This document shows, piece by piece, positions 46,777-58,876 of a DNA stretch of 64,000 nucleotides (position 1 is the stretch's first letter; the number at the start of each line of letters is the position of its first letter). The translations under genes and the position numbers were made by a program. The stretch comes from Balamuthia mandrillaris (Eukaryota), in assembly GCA_031835245.2 (NCBI GenBank), contig JAVKOQ020000080.1:1-64000 (forward strand). Direction: 5' to 3'. The notes under the pieces were generated by a model. That model was not told the origin of the DNA, did no database searches, and worked only from the letters and a program-made list of their open reading frames with translations.

Positions 46777-48368
46777 ATGGCCGCCAAGGTTCAACCGAAT
46801 GACGATGTTGTGGAGGGAGGGAGCGAGGACCACCACGAGCCGCGAGGAGGAGCGATCTTGCTCAGCGCGGAGTGCCTTCCGCCCGAAGTGCTGCTGTTGG
46901 CGATGAGCTTTTTGGACTTGGGCGGGTTGCTGAGCGCCTCCGCCGCTTGCCGCCGTTGGCGAGAAGTCTCTTTCACCAACTCTCTTTGGTTCGTTTAAGG
47001 CCTTGTTTTTTTTTCACACACACACACAAAAAACTTCCCCCTTTGTTGTTCTTCTTAACAATATTTTCCACCTCTCCTACCATACACATCCTCCACCTCC
47101 AAGGCGAAAGGTTTGATTGTCGTTGCTTTCTGCTTTCTTCTTCATTCTTTTGTTTTTCTTCCTTCTTGCTTCAATTCATCCTTATGCCAACCCCGACACA
47201 ACAGCATTGCTTGGAACGTTGGCAATGGTGGCCCTCTTCCGCTCCTGCTTCATTTCGACCCACTTCTTCTGCTTCTTCATCACCACCTGAGTCCTCTCCT
47301 TCTCTACGCTCGTCGTCTTCTTCCTCCGCCAACTGGCGTTCTCTCTTCTTCGAGCGAGTACACAAAGACAAGAGCGCTGAACCGTTGCTCCATCAAATGT
47401 GCAACCTAGTGACGCGCGACACTGCTCTAAAGAAGCTCAAACAAAGCGACTTGGGCATGTACGTCTTTGAGAGCGTCCAAAGACGGCTGGAGCGCTGGCA
47501 GAAGGAGAGGGATGATCACCTGACCCACATTTATTATGGGCGAGTGGCGTTGAAAGAGATCAGCGAGGAAAACGTCGAACAGGATTGGAGGTTGTTGCTC
47601 GCTTCGCACAAACCTTCAAACAGGTCGCAACAGCAAGCAGATGGTGAAGAAGAGGACGAAGAAGCTGAAGAGGCCGAACAAGAGAGAAATGCACAAAGGC
47701 AAGGAGAGGAAGAAGTGGAAGGAGAGATAAAGGACGAAGCGGAGGAAAGACGGAAGAGGCATACAGAATGGTATGTGGATGGAAAGGAGCCAGAAGTGGA
47801 GCGAGGAGCTGCCTTGTTAGCTGCCCTCAAGTACAGTCTTCAAATGGGTATCACCCAACAAATTTACAGCAAGTTGGCAGATTATGCTCTCGCTGTGAAG
47901 AAACGACTGATGGCACGAGCAAGAAACGCAGAAGATGATTCAGGAGCGAATAAGAAGCAACGAAAAGATAGCGATACAACGACGACGACGAAACGAAAGA
48001 AAGGAGAAGAAGAAAGTGAAGATGAAGATTTTATTGAAAGATTGTGGCATTGGAAGAACCCGTACAAGGAAGGATGGAGTGAAGGTGAGATTTTAGAAGA
48101 GCTGAATGCTTACCTTTTTGATGAGCAGAAGTTCAAAGGAGAGGTGGAGCATTACTACGATCCTAAGAACAGTTTTCTGAATGATGTGCTGGAACGGCAC
48201 ACTGGCATTCCTATCAGTAAGTTTTCCCTGTTGCTGGTCTTGAAACAATATCAATAAGGAGATCGTCTTTGCTGATTCTTCTCCAAATGCAGCTCTTAGT
48301 GTTATATATAGTGCTGTTGCACGGAGACTGGGTATTGTTCTGGATCTCATATCAATGCCATGTACTTC

Positions 48369-48408
<40 letters not shown>

Positions 48409-49406
48409 TACTGGTTTTTGCTGCTATCTTTCTTTCGTTAATGTGTTGCAATAGGCCACTTCCTATTACGATGGTATGACAGTGAGAATCAAAGGGAGGT
48501 ATTTGTGGATGCTTACAATCGAGGCAGACAACTCACTCGTCAAGAATGCATAGAAATGCTTCGTGGCTTTGGTGTGATGCAAATTCTACCGACCTACTTT
48601 CGTCCGGTCTCCATATTTGTCCTCTACGAACGAATGCTTTCCAATTTGAATGTTATCTACCAAAGCTCTCGTCAGATGAGTACGTTTTACCAAACTTTTG
48701 TTAGCAAGAGTTCTTCGTAACGGAGACTTTACAGGAGAACGAGTGATGGTGGTTCGATTGTTGTCCTGCTTTCCTGGACAAAGCGAAGATGAATTGCTCC
48801 TCCTTGCGAAGATGTATGTTCTCATCGAGGAATTCACCAAAGCAGAAGACCTCTTGATCAAGGTTACGTTTTCTTTCTTCGCTTTTATGTTCTCTGCTTT
48901 TTTCCATGTTTCAAATGTGCTTACCAAGTTTGGCAAGCAGATACTGGAAGAGAAAGAGGGTGACGCTAGGTTAGAGTTAGAGCTGCTGCTGGCACGATTG
49001 CGAGAAGCCAAGAAAATCAAACCCAAGCAACACAACGAAATGATTCGCTTCCATGTTGGCTCCATCATCTCTCACAAGCTCTACGGTGCCTTTCCCTTTC
49101 TCCTCTCAACTTCTTCTCTCCTCTGCTCAAGAGCGTAAACTGATGCCAAGAGGGTTGCCATACGTGCAGGTTATAGAGGCGTTATTTTTGGATGGGATGA
49201 GAGCTGCCAAGCATCCGACATGTACTCCTCCCCTTTCCCTGTTCTCCTTATTTTTTTTTAAATCGATGTTTTAACCCGGAAGCGCATCAACGACAAAAGG
49301 TGGATGCTACAAATGGGAGTGCATGGATTGCCGCACGGGAAGGACCAACCTTTCTACCAAGTGCTCGTCGAAGAAAGCGACCGACCCAATCAAACCACTT
49401 ATGGTG

Positions 49407-49477
<71 letters not shown>

Positions 49478-49646
49478 TCTCACCACATAAACAAAAAAAG
49501 TGGCACAAGAAAATATCGTGTTGGTGGAGGAGCCAAACGTAAGGGTCCAACAAGAAGAATTAGGAGCATACTTTAGCCGCTATGAAGCCTCCGTGCCCCG
49601 TTATGTCCCTAACGAAGATCTTCTTCTTCACTATCCTTCTAATTAA
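46777..49646 (+). CDS. FBXO21: FBXO21-like: F-box + SirB1/transglutaminase-like + YccV/HspQ domain
   Basis: F-box LPPEVLLLAMSFLD...CRRWREV. Middle domain YYDPKNSFLNDVLERHTGIPI and GHFL. YccV FHVGSIISHKLY|GYRGVIFGWD, DQPFYQVLV, YVAQENI. Confidence 0.85.
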
Positions 49647-49660
49647 GTATGTTCTTTCTT

Positions 49661-51550
49661 TCAGCGAGTGCTCCGTTTATACTTCTTCTTCTTCTCATCG
49701 ACAACTTCCGCCTCGATGACTTGTGCTTCTTCTTCATCATTACTCTTTCCTTTCTTCTTCTTTTGCTGTTCCTCTTCCATCATTGCATCTTCATCTTCTT
49801 CATTGGTGCAAAGGTCTATGCCCATTACATTATCAAACTCGCCATGATGGTTGCGATCGTTGTAAATAATCATTTCTTCTCCATCCTCAAAGTAAACCAC
49901 CAATTGTGTGAGCCCCCAGTTCCATTTTTGGGTCATCTTTTTTTTTTGTGGTTAGCAAAAGGCAAACGAAAAGAATAAAAGGTTGATAGACAAAGAAAAA
50001 AAAAAGACAGCAAACCTGTTTAATGGCGTTGCTAAACTTGACCAAGTCTTCAGGAGTCTTTATCTCGGAGGGAGTATCATAGAGGCCCTCCTCCAATTCT
50101 TTGGTTACCTCAGCGACAGTTACTTTGTTGCCAATGCCACACGCCAGGACCTTAATTTTCTTGCCGGTCTCTTCGCTGACCGCGTCATACATCATCTTCA
50201 CTTTAATCTTTGCCTCTCCTGTTTCTGGATCGGTGTAGTCTTGCACTTCGTTCTTTCCCATTTTCTAATAGTACAAAAAATTATGTCAAAGAGAAAGAAA
50301 AAGGAGATAAGAGAGAGCAGAGAGCAGAGAGCAGAGAGGGGAATGAAAATGGGAGGATAAGGTACTGTATAGTGATCAATGCCATCCATTTCAAGCGGGC
50401 TGATACCAGCCCCAACCTTTTCAATGAGAGCTGGGCTGGTATTCAGAATGATAGAGCTCATCGCCTTGAAAGTCAATTCACGTTGTAACTTCAACATGAA
50501 CCGGTCGGTAATGAAGCTGGTAAGGCGCCCCAACAAAGTCTTCCGGAATCGCTTTTCCTCCTCCTTCTCCTTCCTCATTATTTCCTCTCTGGCCTTCTTC
50601 TGCTCCTCATAGCTCCACTCCTTCAAGCCCTGTCGCTGTCGCTCCTCCAGCACTTCCTCGAACGAAGCATGAGAAGTCCCTCCGAGGCGGGAGGGCCAAA
50701 TGAGACGCGCTCCTCTGTACAACAGGTAAACCACAAGAGCCACGCTGCCTGCCACCACGCCAAATGAGACCACAGCGCCGATAACCACCACGAAGCCCCC
50801 CAACTTCAACAACCCTATGCCCACTTCTTTCGGTGATAAATTCGCTGGCTGCGATAAGTTGAGAGCTTCACGACGACGTCCTATTTCTTCTTCTGTTTCT
50901 TCTTGTTGATCAGACGAGAAAGAAGTTGTGCGACGGGAGTGGTAGTCTTCGTTGTCGCTGTCAGTTCTTTTGTTGGTCTTGCTGTGTTTTTGTTGTCCGC
51001 CAGGAAGGATCACTTCAGCTTCAATCGGTTCAGCATCGAGCAGCTCTTCTCCTTTTTGTTGTTGGCGTGACCGCTGAGCCTCTAGGGTAGCATGGTACAG
51101 ACGTGAAGCAGAAGAGCACGAGTGAGAAGAGACCGCTGCAGCAGCGATGTTTCGTCTGTTGGCAGAAGAAAAAGGAGTGGCAGACGAGAGCAAGAACGAA
51201 CGCGAGGAAGCGAAAAAACGGGTAGTAGGAAAAGAGTGGCGCGCTGAGGCTACAGAGTGCAGCGTTGGGCCTCGTAACAAGGAGGAAGAAGAATAACGAG
51301 AAAAGACAGAGGAACCAACAGAGGGAGCAGCAAGCGGGAATGGAGCGCAGTTGACGATTGCGCGAGAAGGTGGGGAGAGAAGCGGCAGACAGACACGTGA
51401 GGACATATCTCGTTTTGGGGTGGCGGGGAAGTAGAAGGTGTTCAGCTGTCTGGCACGTGCTGCCCGTTGTTGGAACGGGTGGAAAGCCTCCGAAAAGGGC
51501 GTGCGGGAGACGCCTCCTCGACAGCGCCACAGCAGCTTGTTCGGCTCCAT
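49661..51550 (-). CDS. Mitochondrial-type membrane protein, possibly with a Tim21/Coa1-like C-terminal domain
   Basis: Long Arg/Ser-rich presequence-like region and a hydrophobic segment GFVVVIGAVVSFGVVAGSVALVVYLLY. The C-terminal LVVYFEDGEEMIIYNDR resembles the Tim21 tail only weakly. The gene is well supported; the family is not. Confidence 0.55.
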
Positions 51551-51783
51551 GGCGCTCTGCTTCTTCTCTTCTCTTTTTCTTCTACGAAAATTAAAGCATT
51601 GCCCCCTCAAGCAGATAATAAATCATGTCGACTTGAAGAAAGTTTAATGGGCGTTTTCTCTGTCTTCTCTCTCTCTCAGGCCGTACCACTTTTTTTTTGA
51701 TGAGAGAGAGAGAGAGAGAGAGAGAGAAAAGAAAAGGCAAGAAAAAGAGGATATGGGTTGTGAAACAAAAAAGAAAAGTTGTT

Positions 51784-51855
51784 TAGCAGAGAGAGGTTTC
51801 GATCCTCCGACCTGTGGGTTATGGGCCCACCACGCTTCCACTGCGCCACTCTGCT
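51784..51855 (-). tRNA. Initiator tRNA-Met (CAT)
   Basis: AGCAGAGTGGCGCAGTGGAAGCGTGGTGGGCCCATAACCCACAGGTCGGAGGATCGAAACCTCTCTCTGCTA. It has an A1-U72 pair, three G-C pairs in the anticodon stem, an AUCG T-loop and a downstream T-run. Confidence 0.97.
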
Positions 51856-52257
51856 ATGTTCCAAAGTAAAGCTTAAAACAACGACAAGGACCCAACCACA
51901 AACGAAAACGAAAAGGGAACCGAGCGAGAATCCACATAGCTTGCATTCTTTGGCTAGCACCCGTTGTGCAGCTGCCGTGCTCGACGGGGAGCTAATTTTT
52001 CCGATTTTCTCGAAATTATCGTTCATAATGGAGGAAACTTTCCGATCTGTTTAATTCTTTCATAATTATTTATCCAAAGAGTTTGTTTTTTTTTTTTCTC
52101 CTCTCGCTTGCTTGGCGAGTTTCTTCTTCCTGTTGTTTGTTTGCGCGAACCACTACCGTTCGGCTCGCACCCAACACACACACACCCACCCAAAACTTGC
52201 TGCTGCAAGGACCCTTCTCTCTCTCTTTCCCCAACAACAACAAAAAAAAAAAAAGAA

Positions 52258-54041
52258 ATGGTTCTGCTCAAAGAATAGTATGTTTAAATGTTGTTTTTTT
52301 GTGGGTTTTTTTTCCAACAGCTTACATTTGTTTTTTTTTTTTTACTTCCTGCTTTCTTTTCTTTGTTCATGAAGCCGTGTGCCGCTGCCTTGCACCTTGG
52401 AAGAGGTTTGCTTCCCTTCTTCTTCTTTTTTTTAAAAAAATATTCTGAATTCATCTTTTCGCTCACTGGCCTTTTCGTTTTTCTTTCATTTTTCGTTTCG
52501 TTTTGCTTTCATCTCACTTCTTTTTGTGTGGAACAGTTCAGGTTGGCGAACAGGTACTGCACCATGAAGAGGAGTGAGGAGGAGACCCAAGGCGACGCTG
52601 GAGTGGAGGTCTTGAAGGATGAGCCCTTCCAGAATGAGGAGCTTGGCTCTGGCCGCTACACCGAAAAGATTATACACTTGGGCCAGTATGCACTCCTCTT
52701 CTTTCTCTTCCTTTTGTTTCTATGCTTCTCTTCTCTCTTCTCTCGTCTCTCGGATGCTTTTCGTTTTCATTTTTCAACTCGCTCTTTCTCTCCCTCTCCC
52801 TCTTCACTCTCTTCTCTCCGCCTCTCGCTCTTTCCTTCTATCTCTTCTCTCGTTCTTTTCTCGGTCTTCTCGCTCTTCCTCGTTCTCTCTCCTCTGTGTT
52901 GCTCAACCACTCTGTGCACGATAAAACAGCCATGTGCCATCATGGGCAAGGCGGATTATTCCCAGCAAAGCTCAAATGCTGGTTGAGAAGTCTTGGAACT
53001 CTTTCCCTCGCTGCAAAACTATTTATTCGGTTCTCTCTCACTCTCTTTTCCTCTTGTTCTCTTCTCTTTTCTCGCTTGCTCTTTCTCCTCTCGCTTGCAG
53101 TTTTTGTCTATGTTCTTATATTACCATTTCTCTTTCCTGTTGTTAGTGCCCTTTCTTTGAGAAGTTTAGCATGACGGTAATCTCTAACCACACTGAAGAC
53201 AACGGCAGTCAAGACAATGTACATTTCCTTCTTTCTCTCATTCCTAAGTGTCGTTCTCACGATTTCCCTCTCCCGCTTTGTTCATTTGTTCAAAGTCTCT
53301 TGAGCTTGATGCCTCCACATTGAAAAAGAGAGACGTGCAAGCCATTGACGTGGCGTTCACTCCTTTGGACAAAAAGTATTATAAGAAAGAAGAAGATCCA
53401 ACCCTTTGGCAATCCAAAAAGAAAGGCAGAGGTCCTCTGCAGAACAAATGGCAAGAATCACAACCCATCATGTGTTGTTATAAGTTTGTATCTGTTGAAT
53501 TCCGTTACACAGGTTTCTTCTCTCTCTCTCTCTCTCTCTAACTTTCTCTCTCCTTTCTCTCTCTCGCTCTCACTCCCTCTTTCTCTCTCTCTCTCTCGTT
53601 TTTCTTGCTAAAGTACTAATGTGCCTTTTATTTTTAAACAAGGATTTCAAAAGCGAATAGAAAAGTATATGCAACAAATGATGTTTGACCTTGTCTTCAC
53701 GTATTGTCGGCAATTGGTTTGTTTGATGGACGAATGGGCGGAGCTCAGCGAGGAAGATATCGAAGCTTATGAACGAGAAGTTGCCGAACGGCTCAATAAG
53801 GTCTCCATTCTCTTGTTCTTGTTCTTCCTTTTGCTTCCTCTCTCCTTCTTTTTTTGCTTTCTCTCTGCTTCTCTCTAATAATTTTTTTTTTCTGTCAAAG
53901 AAATGTGCAGGTTTGGTATCAAAGGCACCGGTCGGTCCTGTGGAAGCTATGGATGTGCCCGAGTGTCCCTCGCCAGCACCCGAGCACCAAGACGCCAACG
54001 GCAACAGCAAAGGCAAAGAAAAAGAGGAACAAGAGGAGTGA
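52258..54041 (+). CDS. Phosphatidylinositol transfer protein (PITP), multi-exon
   Basis: MVLLKEY|RVPLPCTLEE, GVEVLKDEP, GRYTEKIIHL, EKSWNSFP, EDPT..SKKKGRGPL, MCCYK, RQLVCLMDEW. Confidence 0.92.
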
Positions 54042-54298
54042 TCGCTATAGTAAAATATATTTCTCACCAAAATTTGTGTTTTTTTTTTTTTGCGTTCGGC
54101 ACAATTATCCCGTGTCGTCATGATATCGGATAATTGCTGCACTCAGATGGGCCAATAGGAGAAAAGATAGGGGATTTAGCGAACCAATAGGAGAATACCT
54201 GTGATCATTGGGTAATAAAGCAATTAAATATAAAAAAAAAAACAAAAAAAATACTACAAAGGCAAAACAACAAAAAGAACAGAAAGGGAGAGAGCTCC

Positions 54299-54639
54299 AT
54301 GTTCTCCTCTTCCTTCTGTCCGCCATTTCTTAGGCGGCGCACCACTGAACGCTACATACGAGCTGGCACAGAAGAAGGAGGAAGCGCCACCACGGATGCA
54401 GCAGCGAAAAAATCCATTTGGGCGCTGCTCAAGGGCGATGCCGTCGTGCTTCGTCGCCTGGCACCTTACCTGTGGCCCGCTTCCGACCTCTCCCTCAAGG
54501 TGAGGGTGGTCCTCTCGCTGGTGTTGTTGGTGGTCGCCAAGCTCTTCACCATCCTCGTGCCCATCACCTACAAACACTCTGTGGACGACCTGAGCACTGA
54601 TCCCTCCAAAGGAGGACCCACGTACCTTCTTCCTCCTAT

Positions 54640-54677
<38 letters not shown>

Positions 54678-55029
54678 TCTCTCTCATCACAAAAAAAAAA
54701 AAATAGTTTTCCAGTGCAATGGATTCTTTTGTATGCATTCTTGCGGCTGCTGTCGTCGGCGTCGGGGGACATTCGCGATGCTGCCTTTGTGAGGGTGACG
54801 CAGAACGCGTTGAAGCAGGCCGCGCTCGACACTTTTGACCACCTGCACTCCCTCTCCTTGCGGTTTCACATGCACCGACAGACGGGCATGATACTCAAAG
54901 CCTTGGAGAGAGGCATTAATGGCATCAAGTATGTTTTCTTCTGTTCTCTCTTTGTTGTTTGGTGTTTTCTCTTCTCTTGTTCTCTCTCCTCTCACTCGAT
55001 GATTCTCTCTTTGCAATCTTCTCTCTAAA

Positions 55030-55061
<32 letters not shown>

Positions 55062-56803
55062 GCCTCCCTCTTTCCCCTCTTGCTGTTGCTCTAGCTTTCA
55101 CTAACTTCAATTTCTAGTTTTCTGCTCTCGATGCTCTTGTTCAACATTGTTCCAACGTTGCTCGAAATGTTGTTAGTATGCGGATACCTGCTGATCTTCT
55201 ACGAGTTCCTTTTCTCCTTCATGACTTTCGTAACAATTGTGAGCTACATTACCTTCACCCTCGTCGTGACAGAGTGGCGTAACAAGTTTCGGCGAGAGAT
55301 GAACGACAAGGACAACGACGCCAGCAACAAAGCAGTGGACTCGCTCATCAACTATGAGACAGTAAAGTACTTTTGCAACGAGCGACACGAAAGCAAAAGA
55401 TACGGAGCTGCGCTCACTGAGAAGATGGTTGCTGCTGAGAAGAGCTACACTTCCCTCGCTTTATTGAACATTGGCCAGTCTGCGATCATTGCTGTTGGCT
55501 GTCTCGCCGTTATGCTTCTCGCTGTACGTTATTTCTCTTTTCTTTTCTTTCTGTCTTTTGTTTTCTTTTGTTCTGTTTATCTCATCTCCGTTTTGCTATT
55601 AACCAAAACAGGGACGACGAGCTGTAGATGGTGATATGACAGTGGGTGACTTTGTGTTGGTCAACACGTACCTTCTTCAACTCTATCTACCTCTTGGCTT
55701 CTTAGGAACGAGCTACCGCATGATCAAGACCTCGCTGGTAGACCTCGAGAACATGTTTGCTCTCCTCGATGAACAACACGACGTGCTGGATCACCCTGAT
55801 GCGAAGGAGTTGGTCGTAAGGAGGGCTGCTGTCAAGTTTGACCATGTCGTGTTTGCCTATGAAGACCCTAGCAAGCCTGTCCTTCGTGACATCTCCTTCG
55901 AGATACCTCCTGGTCGCACCGTCGCTGTCGTTGGACCCACTGGCGCTGGCAAAAGCACATGTATGTCCTTTTTGCTCTTCTCTTCATCTCATTGTCTGAG
56001 GTGTTCGTCTGCTGTAATGTTATTTTTAAGGAAATCTCATTCTCTCATTCTGACTCCTATTTTTCTCCCCACAACGAACAGTGGCGCGACTATTGTTCCG
56101 CTTTTACGACGTAAACTCAGGCAGCATTACCATCGACGGACAGGACATATCTCGCGTCACCCAGACCTCGCTTCGGCGAAGCATCGGCGTGGTGCCTCAA
56201 GACACAGTCCTCTTCAACGACACCATCGCCTACAACATTAAATACGGAAGAGCTGAGGAAGACATCTACCAAGTGGACGACGAGGAGATGTTCGCGGCCG
56301 CCAAGCTGGCTCAGATCCATGACTTTATCGTTTCGCTGCCGGAAGGCTATAACACTAAAGTGGGGGAGCGCGGGCTTCGGCTGAGCGGCGGAGAGAAGCA
56401 AAGGGTGTCCATCGCGAGGGCAATCTTGAAGAATCCCCCCATCATGATCTTTGACGAGGCCACATCGGCGTTGGATACGCACACGGAGAAGCTTATACAA
56501 TCCTCGTTGCGGCAAGTAAGCAAAGGAAGGACCACATTGATTGTGGCGCATCGGTTGTCGACTATCGTGGATGCGGATGAGATTTTGGTGTTGGCAGCCT
56601 CGTCGTCGAAAGAGAAGAAAGTAGGAGAAGAAGAGGAGGAAGAAGAACAAGGAGGAATTGTGGAGAGAGGTACGCACGAAGAGTTGTTAGCGTTGAATGG
56701 GCGTTATAAAGCCATGTGGGATAAGCAGTTGGAGATCACGCGAGAAAAGAAACCTGAAGAGTCCCAAGAAGAACAAGAAGATGATAAAGGAAAGGATAAG
56801 TAG
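54299..56803 (+). CDS. ABCB half-transporter of the ABCB6/ATM1/HMT1 group
   Basis: [26 protein letters not shown], Walker [22 protein letters not shown], signature [22 protein letters not shown]. Confidence 0.93.
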
Positions 56804-56897
56804 AACTTTGTCCTCTCATTTGTAAATAAAAAACTATTTCAAAAAGAAAGAATGAAAAGGAGAGAAGAAGAACAAGAAGGCAAAAAAAACAAGATGA

Positions 56898-57213
56898 TCA
56901 CTTGGGACAGTAAGAAGGAAGAGTGAAGGTGGAAGGATCCTGGGGGCGGTTGTTCCAGCTCTCTGCCTTGGCGATGAACTTGTTGAGAGTGCCAAATGTT
57001 CCTGTGAACTCAGCTAGTGTCATCGGGGAGGTCACCGGCGTCTTCAACGTCCACATGAACGTCACGAAGCGTTGAAAGATGTACGTCCAGCATGTGTTGT
57101 CGTTGGCTTGGCAGGGCGTCGCCTCATTGTAAACTTATTTGATGAGAGAAAGCGAGAGTGGTGGATGTTGAGTTATGTGAAGAAGAAAGGAGAGAAAGAA
57201 GTAATAATAATAA

Positions 57214-57244
<31 letters not shown>

Positions 57245-58040
57245 AAGAAGAAGAAGAAGAAGAAGAAGAAGAAGAAGGAACAAGAACAAGAACAAGAACA
57301 AGAAAAACATGAATAACAAGTACATGTCCAGGAAAGAAGGCTAACGGCGCCGTCCTCCATCTTCCTCTTCATGCACTTTTGGCTGCCATGCGCGGCAAAG
57401 ATCCAACCATAGCCAGAGGCATGGTCCACTATCGCACTAAAATTGCCCGTTGGAATAAGACCCTCTGTTCCTCTTCCCACTGTCGCCGTATTGATCCTTT
57501 CGTTTTTTTTTTTGTAAAACAAAACAAAAAAAATATTATAAAAATATAAAAATATAAAAATATTTAAAAAAAATATAAAAAATAAAAATATTTTAAAAAA
57601 ATATAAAAAATAAAAATGAAAAGAAAGACAAAGCCAAATAAAAATAGGTACCTGGTGCGATTGACTTTGAGCCGGTCTTGGAAGGCATAGACCTCCACGC
57701 TAGGGGGTCCTTCCAGGAGGTGGTGGTGGTGGTGGTGGGGCTTCTGCTGTTCCAACAAAGGGAAAGAAAAGGGGTCGTCGTCGTTCTCCTCCTCCTCCTC
57801 CTCGTCGAACAAAAGGGGTCCTTCTTCTTTGCGCAAGAGCTTGGCCGCGAGGGCCGCCGGGATCGAGCCAGAGACTTGAAACTTGGCGTCCCACTGAGGA
57901 GCGGGGGATGGAGGCGAAGGGGCCGCGTCGGCGCTCAGCAACAACCACCCCGCGAACACCAACCACAGCAAGGAGGGGAGGAGGCGGGAGGAGGCATCAT
58001 AGGAACAAGAAGAAGCAGCAGAGCTGTTCTTTCTCGTCAT
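56898..58040 (-). CDS. Secreted protein, ependymin-related (EPDR)-like, three exons
   Basis: Signal peptide LLWLVFAGWLLLSADA, P-x-W after the cleavage site, a beta-rich body and C-terminal DPSTFTLPSYCPK* (F-x-x-P-x-x-C). Confidence 0.6.
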
Positions 58041-58876
58041 TCTTCGTTGCAATTTTTTTTTTCTTTGGATTTTTCTAGTCGACAATATATCGCAGAATAT
58101 TTCAATCTATTGATGGTCTACCGTTTGCCAATATTTAAATATTCAAAAAAGTATTTCAATTTTTCAACAAATTTCAATTATTTGAAAATACTTCAATTAA
58201 GCGATTGCTCGCTTCAACAACATTGATTTTTCATAGCAAGAAGAAATAATGCATGCTCACCTTCAAACCTCCCCTGGTTTCTCTTGTCTTTTATTCTTGC
58301 AATCTTCTTCTGTCGTGACGAGAGGAAAAAACGAATGGGGTTGTGGTTTCACAAACCTGGGCAAGCTTGCCAGGTTTGGGTGGTAAGTTTGTTGTGTGCT
58401 CTACCATCAACGAAGACAACCGTTCTGGATTCCGAGGGACCATTACCCGTTTTATTTTTTTTTTAAAAAACAACAAATCAATTTAAAAAAAAAATGACGC
58501 AAATGAGTTATTCTGTCGACGGAGCAACTTGCGAGCGTTGGATGCGCCAAATTTCCGCCGAATTCCTGCAGCATTCTCCCATCCAACTCACACCAAAAAT
58601 ATCAAATTAAAAACACCCAACACGAAAAAAAAAAATCAAAGAACCAAAAAAAAAAAAACACCCAACACAAAAAAGCGTAGCGAAAACCTGCTCCTCCTCT
58701 CGCTACTTCTTTTGTAGTGCTGTTTTGTTTTGCTTTTGCAAAGAAAAACAAGAACAAACACACACGCTACCCAAAAAGTAGAGAGAGCAGAGCATAACAA
58801 AATAGAGAAGAACCAAAAAAAGTAGAGAGGAGCCAAGGGAGTGAGGAGAGGAAGGGAAGAGGGAGCGCAAGCAGAG

